Both the position numbers and the translations under genes were made by a program. The notes below the pieces were generated by a model. It was given only the letters and a program-made list of their open reading frames with translations. It searched no databases and had not been told where the DNA came from. Shown one piece after another: positions 43,033-55,983 of a DNA stretch of 64,000 nucleotides. The stretch comes from an uncultured virus (IMG/VR IMGVR_UViG_3300037067_004615) (Duplodnaviria; Heunggongvirae; Uroviricota; Caudoviricetes), in IMG/VR virus record IMGVR_UViG_3300037067_004615, one strand, 5' to 3'. Position 1 is the first letter of the stretch. Each line of letters starts with the position of its first letter.

Positions 43033-46000
43033 CTATCCTATCAATACAGTCTGTCTATTATTCGACTTAATCATCTTGTAGCACTCTAACCATCCGATTT
43101 TCCGGCATTGTTTTGGTGCTTTAATTTTATTAGGTACTACCATTAAGGGATATCCTAACTTAGCAAGTTTTCGATTGAGCTTTATTACAAATTTTCGGTC
43201 GTCCATATAGATGTTGTAGTCATGTCTAGTCATTACTCGCCCCCCTATTTTAACTAAGATTCTTTTTAAAATATCGTTTGAATATCGGTAACTGTCCCCA
43301 ATTAATTACGCCCTTTGAACATTCAGCGTCATAATATTTGCCTTTAAATATTATCCAATAGTGTCCATGTAAATTATCATCTTCAGTTGTTTCGATTGAG
43401 TTAGTAGATAACTCTAAAAGTTTAGTAACTTCTATTGCAAAATCTTCACATAGTCCACTATTAATTATATATCCAGGTGCTTTATATTGTCGTTTAAGTT
43501 CTAAGATAATCGCCGTGATATTTTGCATTTTAAACATATCCTTTAAATTTTAATCAAACTCCATTGTTCGATAAAAAATTCTGGTAGTGGTTTATCAAAG
43601 GCGTAAATTGTCTCCGGTTTCCACGGCCAGATAGTTGAATAGTCGTATAACCAGTTTATACCCGATGGAACGTAACTAAAAACTAATGGACGGTATGGAC
43701 TAGTATATTTATAGACTGTCATTTGTCCACATCCTCAATTTCGTTGGATATTAAGTAACTCTGTCCAGTGTAACAGAGTTTCGAGCGTTAACAACATGAT
43801 GTATGACTTTGATATAAAGTCACGATAGTTTAAATTTTTATCACCGTATTTTGGAGTGTCAGAATAGATTACTGCGTTCTGTGCGTTCATTTTAATTCCC
43901 TCACTAATTTATTACCGTGTAGTTTTTTAAGAATATAAAATTCAGACCATAAGTTTTTGCCTTTACATTTTATCACTAACATTTTTAGTTATCCTCATCA
44001 TCTGGATAGGTATACATATCGTAGAAATTATCTTCAACTTCAGCCCTATCCATTAAACTTTCAAGGTCTACTTGCATCATGCTAACATGTAAAAATTCGT
44101 CAATACCCGCCATCGCACGTTGTCGATCTTTTTGTTCGCAACCAATTTGAAATTCAACTAACCCTTTTGCTTTACGTTCTTCAAAACTTGCCATATTATT
44201 CACCGTCCTTAACTTAATTTAACGTGGTAGATATCCTGTATCCATTGTTTGATAGTCGGCCCGTAATGAATCAAACCTTCCCATTCTGTAACACAGTCTA
44301 AAATTTCATCGTGAGACATTGAATTAATACGGTTATCCATTGTCGTATCCTGTTCGTCAAGTCCTAAATTTTGGCGTACTGCTTTCATAATGTATCGATC
44401 GTAAATCATTTTTTAATCCCCCTTACTTTTTGTAATAGCGGTTACTTTCCCATGCCTTATGGTTTTTGTTTCCACGCCTCATAGCTCGATTAGTTTTATA
44501 CTCGTTTAAAATATCGACAGTATTAATTATATCCATTAATTCTGTATCTGGATTATCTCGAACAATTAAAACTTGATGCATTTTAGATTGAATTATTTGT
44601 TGTGCCACTAATTTGCTTTTGTCGTCGCCAGTATCGATTATGATAACTTGTTTGTTATCCATTGGCAAAAATCCCCCTTTATTCTTTAATCCCCTTTTTA
44701 ACTAACACTAATTTTATTTAAGCATTTCATCTATGTCAGGGTATTTGCCGTTATGTGTTAAGCTATATTGATGTATTCGATTACAATAGGGACAATAACC
44801 ATCATTACGAATTGCGGCAACTAGGTTGATCAAACTTTGTTCGATTGAAAATTTTTCTCCGCAAACTTTACATTTAAGACTTTTTATTAATTTAGCGTGG
44901 TCAATAGCTTCTTTTAAAGTCAATTCAGACATACTCATACTCCTTATTCCTTAATCCCCTTTTAGATAGATACCAAACCTTCTTATTTATTGCGCTTAGT
45001 TCGGTTAGTTATAACAAAACTGCTCTACCAATAAAAACTAAACCCCTTTTACAAGCGGTTAACTAGTCTGATACCTATCTAGGAAGGGATTAACTTTATC
45101 CACTTCCCATAATTTTCAAGTTCTAGGTAAAATTACAAATTCGCCGGTCATTTTATCATGCGTGTGAGATTCCAACATTAATTGTAAATCAGGGTTACCA
45201 TATTGAAATGCGTCAATTTCATGCACTATATCATGTGCTAAAGGATGTCCGGCTTTTGCGTATTGTAAAGCCATATCGTGTATACACATAAGTTTTCCTA
45301 ATGTTAGTCCGTGCCAATCGTGAAGGTATTCATTCTTTTTGTTTTGAGTAAAGTTATTACCGACCATTTTAGCTCTCCTATCTGGTAAACCTTAATGCTT
45401 ACCACTAATTTATTTTTTCAAACTCGATTCCGTATTTAGATTGGTGTTCAATTGTGATTTCAGTAACTACATAGAGTTGTTTAGCAGTCAATTTAACTTG
45501 TTTAGATTCTGGCATAGGGATAGATAACGAATAAATTTGCATCTTCTTTTCTCCAATAATTTTTAATGCTTACTATTTAGATTTTAATAATTCGATAGTG
45601 ATTAAAAGTTTCATCATGTGTTGGCAAACACGACATTCGACACCACTACAATTACCGTCCATTTGCATTTGTTCACATAATTTAAGTTCAAATTCAGTCA
45701 TAATATTTACCTCACTCCATTATTTTTTAAGGTAGCATTTGCCCACTTTTACGGGCTTTAACTTGCCGGATTAATATATATTCTGCAAATAATCCAGATA
45801 AATTTGCATTAGACTCAAACGCTTGAACTTCAAGTATAGTCATTTTATCTAGGTAAGGTTTTAATTTAAGAAAGTGTTCTCGTTCTAGTTTGAAAATTTC
45901 ATTAGCGATATCAAGCGGTAAATTTCCCCATTCGTTAAACATTTAAACCGTCCTTTATGTATTCTGGATAGCAAGTAATAAACCTACTCCATGCAGTTTG

Positions 46001-49000
46001 CCAGTTCTCAAATTCCTTCGGATTGCTAGAAAATACACCCATAGAAAACTGTATAAATCTAGTGTGTATTTTATCTAGTGTATCATAGTCCTGATGGTTT
46101 GTTAATGTTGCCAGTGTGCCACTTGACAGACCTCGAATATCCCTTAAAATTGTGTCAGCGTTTATTATTTGTGTTGACTGCGAATACATACTTTTACCTC
46201 ACTTTATTCGACCACTACAAGCGGCAACGAATTTATATATCATGTCAATTGGGATTAATTTTGATACTAAGTCAGCGGTTAATGTGTCTTTATGTATAAT
46301 ATTTTCGTGCATCACTTGAGTGTTCCCGTTTATAATTCGTGCAAGTCGCATTACCTCATCGTGTGTCATTATTTTTACCTCACTCTGTATAATCTATCGT
46401 GCTGGAATTTTCGTGCCAGTTGTTGACTATCCTAGTGCGCTTTAGTGTTGGTTTGTTTGCTTCTCACAATAGCTTCAACAGTTTTATTAAGTAGGTTAAA
46501 TTTGTAATGTCGCTCATATTCCATAGTGTGTGGATTATATACCGTATTGCATTTAGTACATGTTACCATAACGTCATCACAGATAAGGATATCCATTACG
46601 TTATTGTGACAGACCGGACAACTAAAAACTTGATCAACTAATTCAGATTCAATGGACATTTTAACACCTCGCTAAATTTCATTATATCCTAAATATTTAT
46701 TGATATCCCTGTAAGTATAACCGATGTTTAACGCCTTACAAGTTGCCTTAATTGCGTGACCGTCTTTGTTGTAAGTTCTTTTTATAAATGCCTGTTCCAT
46801 TTTTGCAACAACGGTCGGGACTTGTGATACCGGATAAGCGTATTCAACCGGATGTTCTTTGACTGCTAACAGTAATTGTTTTTTATATTCGTTTAAAAAT
46901 CGGTCGAAATTTTCAGTTGTTTTCAATTTGTTCACTCTCCTATTACATTTTATCAATGGTATTTGGCAATTCAGGAATTGGTATACATGGGTTCGTAAAA
47001 GCTACCATTAAGAATGTTGTATTATCAGATTTGCCTATGTAGATTTTTTCATGTGATGGATAGTTCTGTAAGAGTTTAATTAATTCTTTGACTGTCATTG
47101 TTCACTCTCCTATATAGACTTAACTCTAATCCAGTTTACCATTTGTTAATCTGGTATAGATAAATTCAATTGAGTTATAACAGCCATATTCCTTAGTTAA
47201 ATATCCTAAGTCTGTAAGTTGAAACATTACACGAACGTCTATAAATTCAGACGGATATTCATTGTCGAATCTCCATAAAGATACACGATGGTTTTTGTCA
47301 GTGTCATACTTACGGATGTGTGCGAGTGTTAATTCAACCACTGATAAACAACCACAATGTGCCGTTTCCGTTTGATATTTCAGACAGTCGCAACCTTGAT
47401 AGTGTCGCCAATATTGGCCCTGTATTCTGTTGATAGATTCCGTTTCGATCATAGTTTGCACTCCTATTAATAGACTTATCCCTTAGAATTTTATATAGTA
47501 GTTGATTAATCCAGCATATCGCCCTTATCATCAATCGACTTGATAACATTTAAGGCAGTTCTAAGGCCGGGTGTGAATATTCGATCAGTGGTCGTGATAT
47601 CCATTTTACATTGATTCTGTAAAATTCTGGCAACTCGTTCAAGTTTACGAGATTCTAATAAACTCCAATTGAAATTTTCGGGATAATCCGATTCAAATTT
47701 ATTAACGTCGTGAATCATTTTTAACACTCCTATACACTCATATTTTATCCTACTTTTTACCGTTTACTAATCATATAAGAATAGCATACGTTCATCGTGT
47801 AATTGTTTTAATTTAGATTGTCGATCATTCCAGTATGGTTGTAAATTACGTTTTAGCCATAAAATTACCTTATCCATATTATCATCGTCAAAAACTTTTT
47901 GACGTGCCTGTCTTAATAATGATTCCAATTGTTGTTCTCTTAGCTTATCCATTTAGTACACTCCTATACATTTATTTTTACTTGATGGTATAATCCCTTA
48001 CATCATAGACCGTAAACCCTATTGTACCTTAATTTTGAACGTTTACGGCCTATCATCTAGTGGATTACAGGATTAAAATTCACTCGTAAAAATATTATGA
48101 GCGTAACTTATTTGATATCGTTTTGGTAGTTTATCCCATGATTTATAGACATAACCATCGATTGTTGTAGTTTTTCCTGCATCAAGTCTACATTTAGGGT
48201 GTATGTAATGATAGTAATGTGAATCATCAGGTATCATTACACAGCCGCATGACATCGGATAAGGATTACCGTTATCGTGGTATTTCATGCTAATTATTCT
48301 CACTAAAAACTAATCCATAAAAGTCTGAAATATGACACCCACAATTACAATCGGTATGTTTAACACCTACAACATTATGATTAGCTGGTATGTTATATTC
48401 TGATACTAACTTCCAGATTAAATTTTCAATTCCGCATGAATTGTTGGCAAAATGATCTTTGCGTTCGATTAAATCTTGAGCCCATGTTTTTAGTGCATTT
48501 AGTGTTTCATCGCTCATATGCCGATTACTAAAAACATATTTTGCACCGCCGTATAATTCGTTGAATACGTCATTTGTTGGGTCTCGATAATCGCCCGTAT
48601 AATCTGTTTCGTGGTCATTGTATTTATGGATAATTGAATCAACTTCTTTTTGAGTAGGGCCGTCATACCATGTTACGTCAATAGAGTTACCGCCTGAGTA
48701 TGTCTCACTTTTAATTGAAAATTTAATGCCGGGATATTTTAAGGTTAACTCTTTTTTAATATTTTTAGTTGCACAAATTCGATCACAGTAATGTTTGCCA
48801 GTCCTCAATTCATACGCTTTTACAGTTTCAAGATAGTTGTAAATTTTGGGTAAATCTTCATATTGTTTGTTGCGTAGATCAATTTTTGCCGCCTGTTTGT
48901 CAGCATTTTGTTTTACGGATGTGTTATACTGAATGTCAATTGTTGCGGATTTTATTAAATTATCAGCGTTATCCGAATCCGTAATAGGCGGATTGTCGAT

Positions 49001-51852
49001 ATACCATTGAACGCCCCTTACAATTGATTCAGGTACTACGCTAGTATGTCCATTGGCAAACTTAACCGTTATATTAGCATTTCCGCCCATTACAATTCCG
49101 CCATAATCTTTTATTGTTTCAGGCGATTGATGACCTTCAATTTTGGTTATGTAACCATCCATACCGCCATATAAAATACAATGTACGCATTGACCATCAA
49201 ATAGATATCCCTTGTATGTATCGCCCCTGACTTGATCTAATGTTGGCATAACTTAAACACTCCTATATTTATTTTGCCTGAATAATTTTATCATCCGCCT
49301 TGCACTTTTTACAGTTAACCTTATTCCTGTATACGCAGCTTTTACACGATGATATAACAATTGTTGGCATTATTTTACCTCACGAACATTAATACATGAT
49401 TGCCATGATACATTATAGTTAATTCCGATGAAATTTTTACCCTGATATGTAAACCAGCAGTATTGACGCTTAACAGGACATCCCTGACAATCTCTGAAAT
49501 TTGAATTGAATATATTTCCGAATTTCGCCTTAATTCTTAATTTACCATCCCAACTTGTAACTTCCCCGAACGGTAAATCTTTTTTACTGTAACAAGCGTA
49601 TAAAATACCCTGCATTTTACCGGTTTTTTGATTAAGCATAAGCCATGAGCCGCCAGATTCAAACGTTTGCCCATTGTGCGTAAATTGACAATCTGTTTCC
49701 AGCATTTGTTTTTTGTCATCTGTTAAAATAGCCATAATCTATACACTCCTACACTAAAATATTTTTATAAGCATATGGTTAATTATCCAATCCAATTCCG
49801 CAATAAGCATTTACAATATCTGCTAAATGTAATAGTTCATAATAATCTTTTATATCGTTCATATTTTCAATATGATAATCTGCAAAAGATTGAATACCAT
49901 CCTTATGATCTTGATATAATTCATATATATCTTTAACGTTTGCAGTCGTCCATTGTTTAGCATCTTCAAGTGTTAAATGTGATTCTTGTCTAACATAATC
50001 AGGTAAGTATTGGATAAAAGTATAGTATTCATTCTGGTTGAATTTTTTACGACCATCAAATTTAATCATCATATAACCTGAATCTTTACATTCTCTGATC
50101 GAAATATCAGTACCTATAATCATAATTGCACACTCCTATATATTAATATTCTAATCAGTAAACACTAGCACCTTATGATCGATACTAATGTCTACTCATA
50201 AGAGTATTAAGCTAAAATAACAGTTAAATCGCCAATTGCAGCCGTTTTAAAAGATTTAGATAATTTGATTTGGTTATAATATTGTTTACGTGTTTTGCAA
50301 TCGGTCAATGAGCCGCTTTTACGATCACGATAAATAGCACATGATACTAATGCAGACATAGGCGATAATCCAACATAGGTATATTCTTGAGCCGTTGATA
50401 AATCAATAACTGAAATTGTAGACTTCATTCTTATCACTCCTATGATTTTATATTTTGCTAATCACTTAATACCATAGTCCACTATCAATAACCTTATGCT
50501 TAATAATGGACTATCGTTTTAGTTGATTATGCCTTATTATAAGGTTTAATCCAACAATCAGGGAAGAATGACATATCAAAATCTGTCGAATACTTGCTAG
50601 ATTTTACAATCTGCATACAATCTTCAAAAGTAAATCCCATTGCCATTAATCCACCAACAAAACCAACAATTAAACCTTTTGCATAATCCGGTTTACTATG
50701 ACAATCTTTTGACAGATTATACATAGAATCTTCCATCATATTGGTGTTCTTAATTTTCATGTTAGCTATTCTCCTATAACTTTATTTTTTAATCACTCTA
50801 TCGATAGGCATAAACAATATAGCTTATGCCTATGTACATAGAATAGTTAATCGTCAATCGGACATTCATGTAAAAATAGACGTTTACCATTTTTGATGAT
50901 ATACATACTTGCTGAATTGCTCCAACAAATAGCCCAAATAGGATATATTTTACCATCAATATTTAATGCGTTTGGCGTAGTTAATTTGTTGCCGTATTGT
51001 TGGGTATTTGCTTTTAATTTGTTCATGTTGGGATTTTCGATTAATTCTGATTGATGCCAATTGTAGTACTCAATTTTGTTAGTCATTGGTACGCTCCTTA
51101 TTTTTAAATACTCTATCGATAGGCATAAACCATTTAGCTTATGCCTATGTACATAGATCGATTAATTAGTTGATGCCTACAATATAACTATCCTGTCTAT
51201 ATCCTTCACGATATCCAGCCGCCCGTAAAGCCGTTAACATATCAATATAGGCGTCTCCCGTATGAATCTGTAATCGTTCAATCTGTGATTGAGCGGCTTT
51301 AAGAATTTTCGATAGACTGTCAAAATTATCGATTGATAGGTATTCAATGCGCCCGCCATATGCTTTATTGGTATTGTCCTTTACTGTGATTTGATATTCT
51401 AATTTGAATGAGACAAACGAACAATATCTACCTTCAGGATAAGCCGTACCCAGCCGATAGAAGTTAATAACAGGATGTTTATATTGTCCTTCGCATGATA
51501 GATAAGTATCAAGCGTATAGACAAAATCTTTTTTGTAGGTATCCAATAAATTTTTAGTAACCATTACTTTATTCTCCTATATATTTATTCTCAATAGTTA
51601 ACCTTAAACATTTAACCAATTTGGAAGTTTTTTGAATTCAGAATACCACCAATCATACATTGAATCTTTACGATCATAAACCTTATTAAGTAAATCATTC
51701 AATTGATGGTATTCTTTACGAGTCAATTTTATTTCGTGCCGTTCAATGGATAGGTATAAATCGTTCAATTGTAGATATGCAATATTTTTTTGAGTCTCAA
51801 TAGGTATCTGATATTCTTTTTTCTGGATACTTGATACTATTGTTATTTTCAT
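43033..51852 (-). other. Putative early/host-takeover operon of small genes
   Basis: Short ORFs with a stereotyped RBS (TATAGGAGTGT or AGTGAGGTAAA), long intergenic hairpins, and a promoter at 52271-52300. Confidence 0.65.
48290..49249 (-). CDS. Protein with LPD29-like domain
   Basis: KNIKKEL...YPGIKFSIKSETYSGGNSIDVTWYDGPT...F...GGAKYVF..R. Confidence 0.65.
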   Translation of the reverse strand: MPTLDQVRGDTYKGYLFDGQCVHCILYGGMDGYITKIEGHQSPETIKDYGGIVMGGNANITVKFANGHTSVVPESIVRGVQWYIDNPPITDSDNADNLIKSATIDIQYNTSVKQNADKQAAKIDLRNKQYEDLPKIYNYLETVKAYELRTGKHYCDRICATKNIKKELTLKYPGIKFSIKSETYSGGNSIDVTWYDGPTQKEVDSIIHKYNDHETDYTGDYRDPTNDVFNELYGGAKYVFSNRHMSDETLNALKTWAQDLIERKDHFANNSCGIENLIWKLVSEYNIPANHNVVGVKHTDCNCGCHISDFYGLVFSENN

Positions 51853-52270
51853 TTAACCACCTCATTTTTAATCGTTTGTAGTAGCTGGATAAAATTTCAC
51901 TTTGAAATTAAATCGAACACTCAATACTATCTGCATAAATCACTTCAATTCGAATCATATCAGAGTATAATCTAATCGTAATTGTGACAGTCTATCCAGC
52001 TAACCAAAAGATTAAATATTAATTAATTGTTACATGTTATTCGGTTTATTCCGTTATGCTGTATTTATGCTCTCATCCGCTTATTCTGTACACTTTATCT
52101 TATCGCATATCAGACTTGCTGTACTTAGCCTTAGAGAATGAGCAAGGCACTCATACGGATGTTCAATTATTCAATTTTTAAACTACGATAGCTTGTCAGG
52201 CTCTACGATCATAATGACCGCTTGTTGGTTTAACTTGATTCTCCTTATATCTAAATTTTGATGATACCGT

Positions 52271-52300
52271 ATCTTAGCATGATTAAAATATCATAGTCAA
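52271..52300 (-). promoter_or_regulatory. Sigma70 promoter for the leftward operon
   Basis: TTGACT...TGcTAAGAT on the minus strand. Confidence 0.65.
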
Positions 52301-52308
52301 TACATTTT

Positions 52309-52716
52309 GTACGTAGTTTTTACGTAGTATATGTACGTAGTTTTTTGATGGTTTTAACTACGTAGTTTTTGTGGCAATTTTCGACCAGACTAAAATACAG
52401 ACATACATTATATATACTCATGGATTACACGTATATCTGTAATGCGTCAAAACGCTAAAATCTGGCATACAGGCAGCATAGGAGATCAAATCATACTGGG
52501 TATCTGGTTATGTGGTTGTTGTTGCCAGTAATAGAGCCCTTATCTGGTCTATGTGTGAGGTATCGATCAATAACGGTTTTTGAGGTTAAACCCGTCGAGT
52601 ATAAGCCGGTATCATCCGACGGCATATCGGACGGGTTTACGAGTTTGCGACGGCATATCGGACGGGTTTATTTTGAGGTTTTTGGCTTTAAGGCAGACGG
52701 GTTTTTGAGGTTAAAA
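52309..52716. repeat. Short repeats in the divergent non-coding region
   Basis: TACGTAG x4; GGCATATCGGACGGGTTT x2; TTTTGAGGTT x3. Confidence 0.7.
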
Positions 52717-53082
52717 AGAAGCAACAAAAAGCACGTAAAATACAGGTACTTTACGCTTTAAGGTTATCCTTATTAGGCTTACTTCACAAATTTAAGTTTG
52801 CCCTGTTTCCACCACCTCAGCACTGGATTTCCACCAGGTCGAGCCGGTGTACCCCGCCCATACTTTTTGAATGCATTGACACCGTGGCGTTCTCGAATGA
52901 CTTTAATCCGGTGTGCGTTAAATTCCTTCGATCCGACTACCCATTTAGTTTTACTCATTTTAAAATCCCCCAGTCTTGATTAAGGTTATCTCTAACCCTT
53001 CATATAATTATACCACACCTTGTCAAGTAGCCGTTTTAAATTGGCTGTTGACAATTAACATATTATAGTATATGATTATAAT

Positions 53083-53229
53083 ATGTTAGATAGAAAGAAA
53101 TGTTTAAGATGTTATCATGAATGGATACCACGAAGTGATGAAGTACCAAAAGTTTGTCCCAAGTGTCATAGCCCTTATTGGGATAGAGTGAAAATAATTA
53201 GAGAAAAGAGGATTAAAGAGATATTTTAA
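53083..53229 (+). CDS. Small zinc-ribbon protein (48 aa)
   Basis: MLDRKKCLRCYHEWIPRSDEVPKVCPKCHSPYWDR; TTGACA promoter at 53048. Confidence 0.7.
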   Translation: MLDRKKCLRCYHEWIPRSDEVPKVCPKCHSPYWDRVKIIREKRIKEIF

Positions 53230-53471
53230 TGGGTATAATTGAAATACTTGATGCGATTAGTCTGTATAGTTATGATAGTAACGAACTAAAGGAAGTAGCA
53301 AACAGATTAAGATGTAAGGGTTTTTGGGTTTCAGCACCACCTTTAAATAAAGACACTAATTACCTCTGGTCGAAAGTTTCAAAAAATGCCAAGGAGAAAG
53401 CAAATTATACATGTGAAATATGCGGATGTAATGAAAAAACTAAAATTATAGCTCATCTGATGAAACACTAA
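53229..53471 (+). pseudogene. Truncated HNH endonuclease
   Basis: W.KVS...KEKANYTCEICG......IIAH, then an abrupt junction with tnpB sequence. Confidence 0.6.
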
Positions 53472-54612
53472 CTAAGTCAGAGAAGTGGTTAGAACTTTGT
53501 CGTGAGTTATATAATTCAGCATTAGCAGAGAGAATTGGCGCATATCGATATCAACGTGTTTCATTATCGGGTTATACTCAAATGTTAGAACTACCAGAAA
53601 TTAAAGACGCAATCCCTGAATACGAGACTATAAATTCTCAAGTTTTGCAACAGTGTTTAGACAGACTTCAAAAAGCGTTTCAAAGTTTCTTTCGCAGGGT
53701 AAAGAAATGTGAGAAGCCCGGATTCCCACGGTTTAAAGGATACGGACGATACAACTCATTCACGCTTAAAAACACAGGCTGGAAGTTAGAAGACAGATAC
53801 CTTTGGGTGAAGAATGTTGGTCGGTTTAAAATGAAACTGAGTAGACCAATTCAGGGTGAAATTAAAACCATCACGATTAACCGGACACCATCGGGAAAGT
53901 GGTATGCCTCATTTAGTTGTGGGAACATTGAACCTAAACCGTTGTCACCTAACGATAGAGTAGTTGGGATTGATGTAGGGATAAAATATTTTCTAGCAGA
54001 TTCAGAAGGCGTAGTAGTTGATAACCCTCACTATTTAAAAGAAAGTGAACGTAAATTAAGGGTGAGACAACGTAGATTATCAAGGCGTAAGAAAGGTTCA
54101 ATAGGGCGTAAAGAAGCCAAAGTTTTAGTAGCGAAGACTCATGAACACATAGTTAATCAACGTCAAGATTTTCAACATAAAAAAGCAAACGAATATATTG
54201 AAAATTATGGAACAATATGTTTTGAAAATTTAATGATAAAGAACATGGTAAGGAACAAACATTTAGCCAAAGCGATAAGTGACGCAAGTTGGGGAAGATT
54301 CTTCAATATGTTAAAGTACAAAGCAGAATACGCTGGTAGGATAGCGATTGAAGTGCCACCCCATAATTCAAGTCAGATATGTTCAGGGTGTGGACAAGTC
54401 GTTGCGAAATCGCTATCGGTCAGGACACATATCTGTCCATATTGTGGATTAGTGTTAGACCGGGATGTAAATGCGGCTAAAAATCATAAACACAGAGGTC
54501 TAGCGATACTAGACAAGTTGGTTAGGATAGAGCCATTAAGCGACAACGTAGGCATCGGCATAGGTCATGCGTAGCTTAAGAATCCCCCAAATTTATTTGT
54601 GGGGAGTGTCAA
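53459..54612 (+). mobile_element. 5'-truncated IS200/IS605-family tnpB element
   Basis: tnpB frame open from about 53459 without a start; right-end hairpin GAATCCCC...GGGGAGTGTCAA. Confidence 0.75.
53582..54574 (+). CDS. tnpB: IS605-type TnpB (N-terminus missing)
   Basis: PGFPRFK, GIDVG, CFENL, SQICSGCG, CPYCG, DRDVNAA. Confidence 0.85.
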   Translation: MLELPEIKDAIPEYETINSQVLQQCLDRLQKAFQSFFRRVKKCEKPGFPRFKGYGRYNSFTLKNTGWKLEDRYLWVKNVGRFKMKLSRPIQGEIKTITINRTPSGKWYASFSCGNIEPKPLSPNDRVVGIDVGIKYFLADSEGVVVDNPHYLKESERKLRVRQRRLSRRKKGSIGRKEAKVLVAKTHEHIVNQRQDFQHKKANEYIENYGTICFENLMIKNMVRNKHLAKAISDASWGRFFNMLKYKAEYAGRIAIEVPPHNSSQICSGCGQVVAKSLSVRTHICPYCGLVLDRDVNAAKNHKHRGLAILDKLVRIEPLSDNVGIGIGHA

Positions 54613-55155
54613 ATTAAGTACAAGGATAGGAGATATTATAATGTATCCCACAAGAAAAATAAGGAATAAGTTAAATCAAAAGTTAGTACTATTGTTATTC
54701 GGTCTAGGTTTAAATGTTGCTGGTTGTATGTTTCTGTATGTGTTATTTTTATATGCGTTTTTTCATAATAACGAAGTTAGACTTTATATCAATTCAATCA
54801 ATGAACGATGGTTCGAGTTCTTTTTAATTCCGTCAGTTATTGGTCTGGGAATATTTTTATTCGTGCAAATTATTAGACACTATTTTAAATTGAGAGAAGC
54901 AGGGAGATGGAATATAATGAATAAAAGATGTTACTTCGGTTGCGAACTTGATGATAATTCAAGGGAAGAATTGGCAATTCATTATTTAAAATGGCATGGG
55001 GCCGATAAACAGGCAACAGAATGGGCTAAACGATATCTTAACGCTTTAACTCCGAACAAACATATCGACCCGATTTGCGGTCAGGAATATTCAAAGTGTA
55101 AGTGCGAAACCTCTATGGAATTTATTGATAGATATTATTTAAAATAGGTGATAAA

Positions 55156-55840
55156 ATGAGTGAAGAATTAATTAAAAATTGGTAGTATTCCGTGGAATAA
55201 GGGTTTAACAAAGGAATCAGATGAACGTATTTCTAGGCAATCTAACCCAATTACTAGGGAAAGGAAAAGACAAGTTAATCTAGGTAGAAACGTTACTTGG
55301 GGTGATAAGATTAGTGCAGGTAAGAAGGGTAAACCTTTATCAATTGCTGGTTGGAATAAGGGTTTACCTGCTTGGAATAGAGGATTAACAAAGGAAGTAG
55401 ATGGAAGGGTTGCAAAATACGCTAAAGCTGGATTAGAAAGATTCCAAAACCCAGAGTGGGTAAAATATTTTTATGAATGTTGTGGTTCATCTTTAAATAA
55501 GTCGGAGCAGAAATTAAAAGATATACTTGATCGTAATTTCCCGAATGAATGGGTATATGTTGGTCAAGGTGAATTAGTTGTCGGTGGGAAAATCCCAGAC
55601 TATGTAAATATAAATGGGAAGAAGCAATTAATTGAAATGTTTGGCACTTACTGGCATCGTGGTGAGAACCCACAGAAACGTATTAATTCATTTATGCATT
55701 TTGGATTTGCGACTGTTGTTATTTGGGAATATGAATTAAAAAATGAATCAAGTGTTGTAGATAAAATTAAAAATTTTCCTAGTATGAACGATTTGTATTA
55801 TAAATACAATAATGAAAATGATACTCTTTTACTTAAATGA
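55156..55840 (+). pseudogene. Free-standing homing-type endonuclease (NUMOD3-like repeats plus Vsr/EDxHD-like domain), frameshifted near the start
   Basis: Long frame reads PWNKGLTKESDERI...AWNRGLTKE...KIPDY...IEMFGTYWH...VIWE; the ATG frame stops at 55183-55185 just after an A5 run. Confidence 0.7.
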
Positions 55841-55866
55841 TTATAAATTTGGTTTTATAAAAGCCA

Positions 55867-55895
55867 TTGACTAATATTAAATAGTGTGCTATGAT
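55867..55895 (+). promoter_or_regulatory. Sigma70 promoter for the intron-split gene
   Basis: TTGACT-17 nt-TATGAT with extended -10 TG. Confidence 0.75.
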
Positions 55896-55983
55896 ATCAA
55901 TTAGTAAACAAAATTGGGGGCTGAAACACCCTCCACGGTAGGTCAGCAAATTCAGATTAAAAGTCTGAATTAGAATTAAATAG

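Noticed and set aside
55910..55975. c-di-GMP riboswitch upstream of the intron
   Set aside because: Neither the class I nor the class II consensus could be matched by eye.
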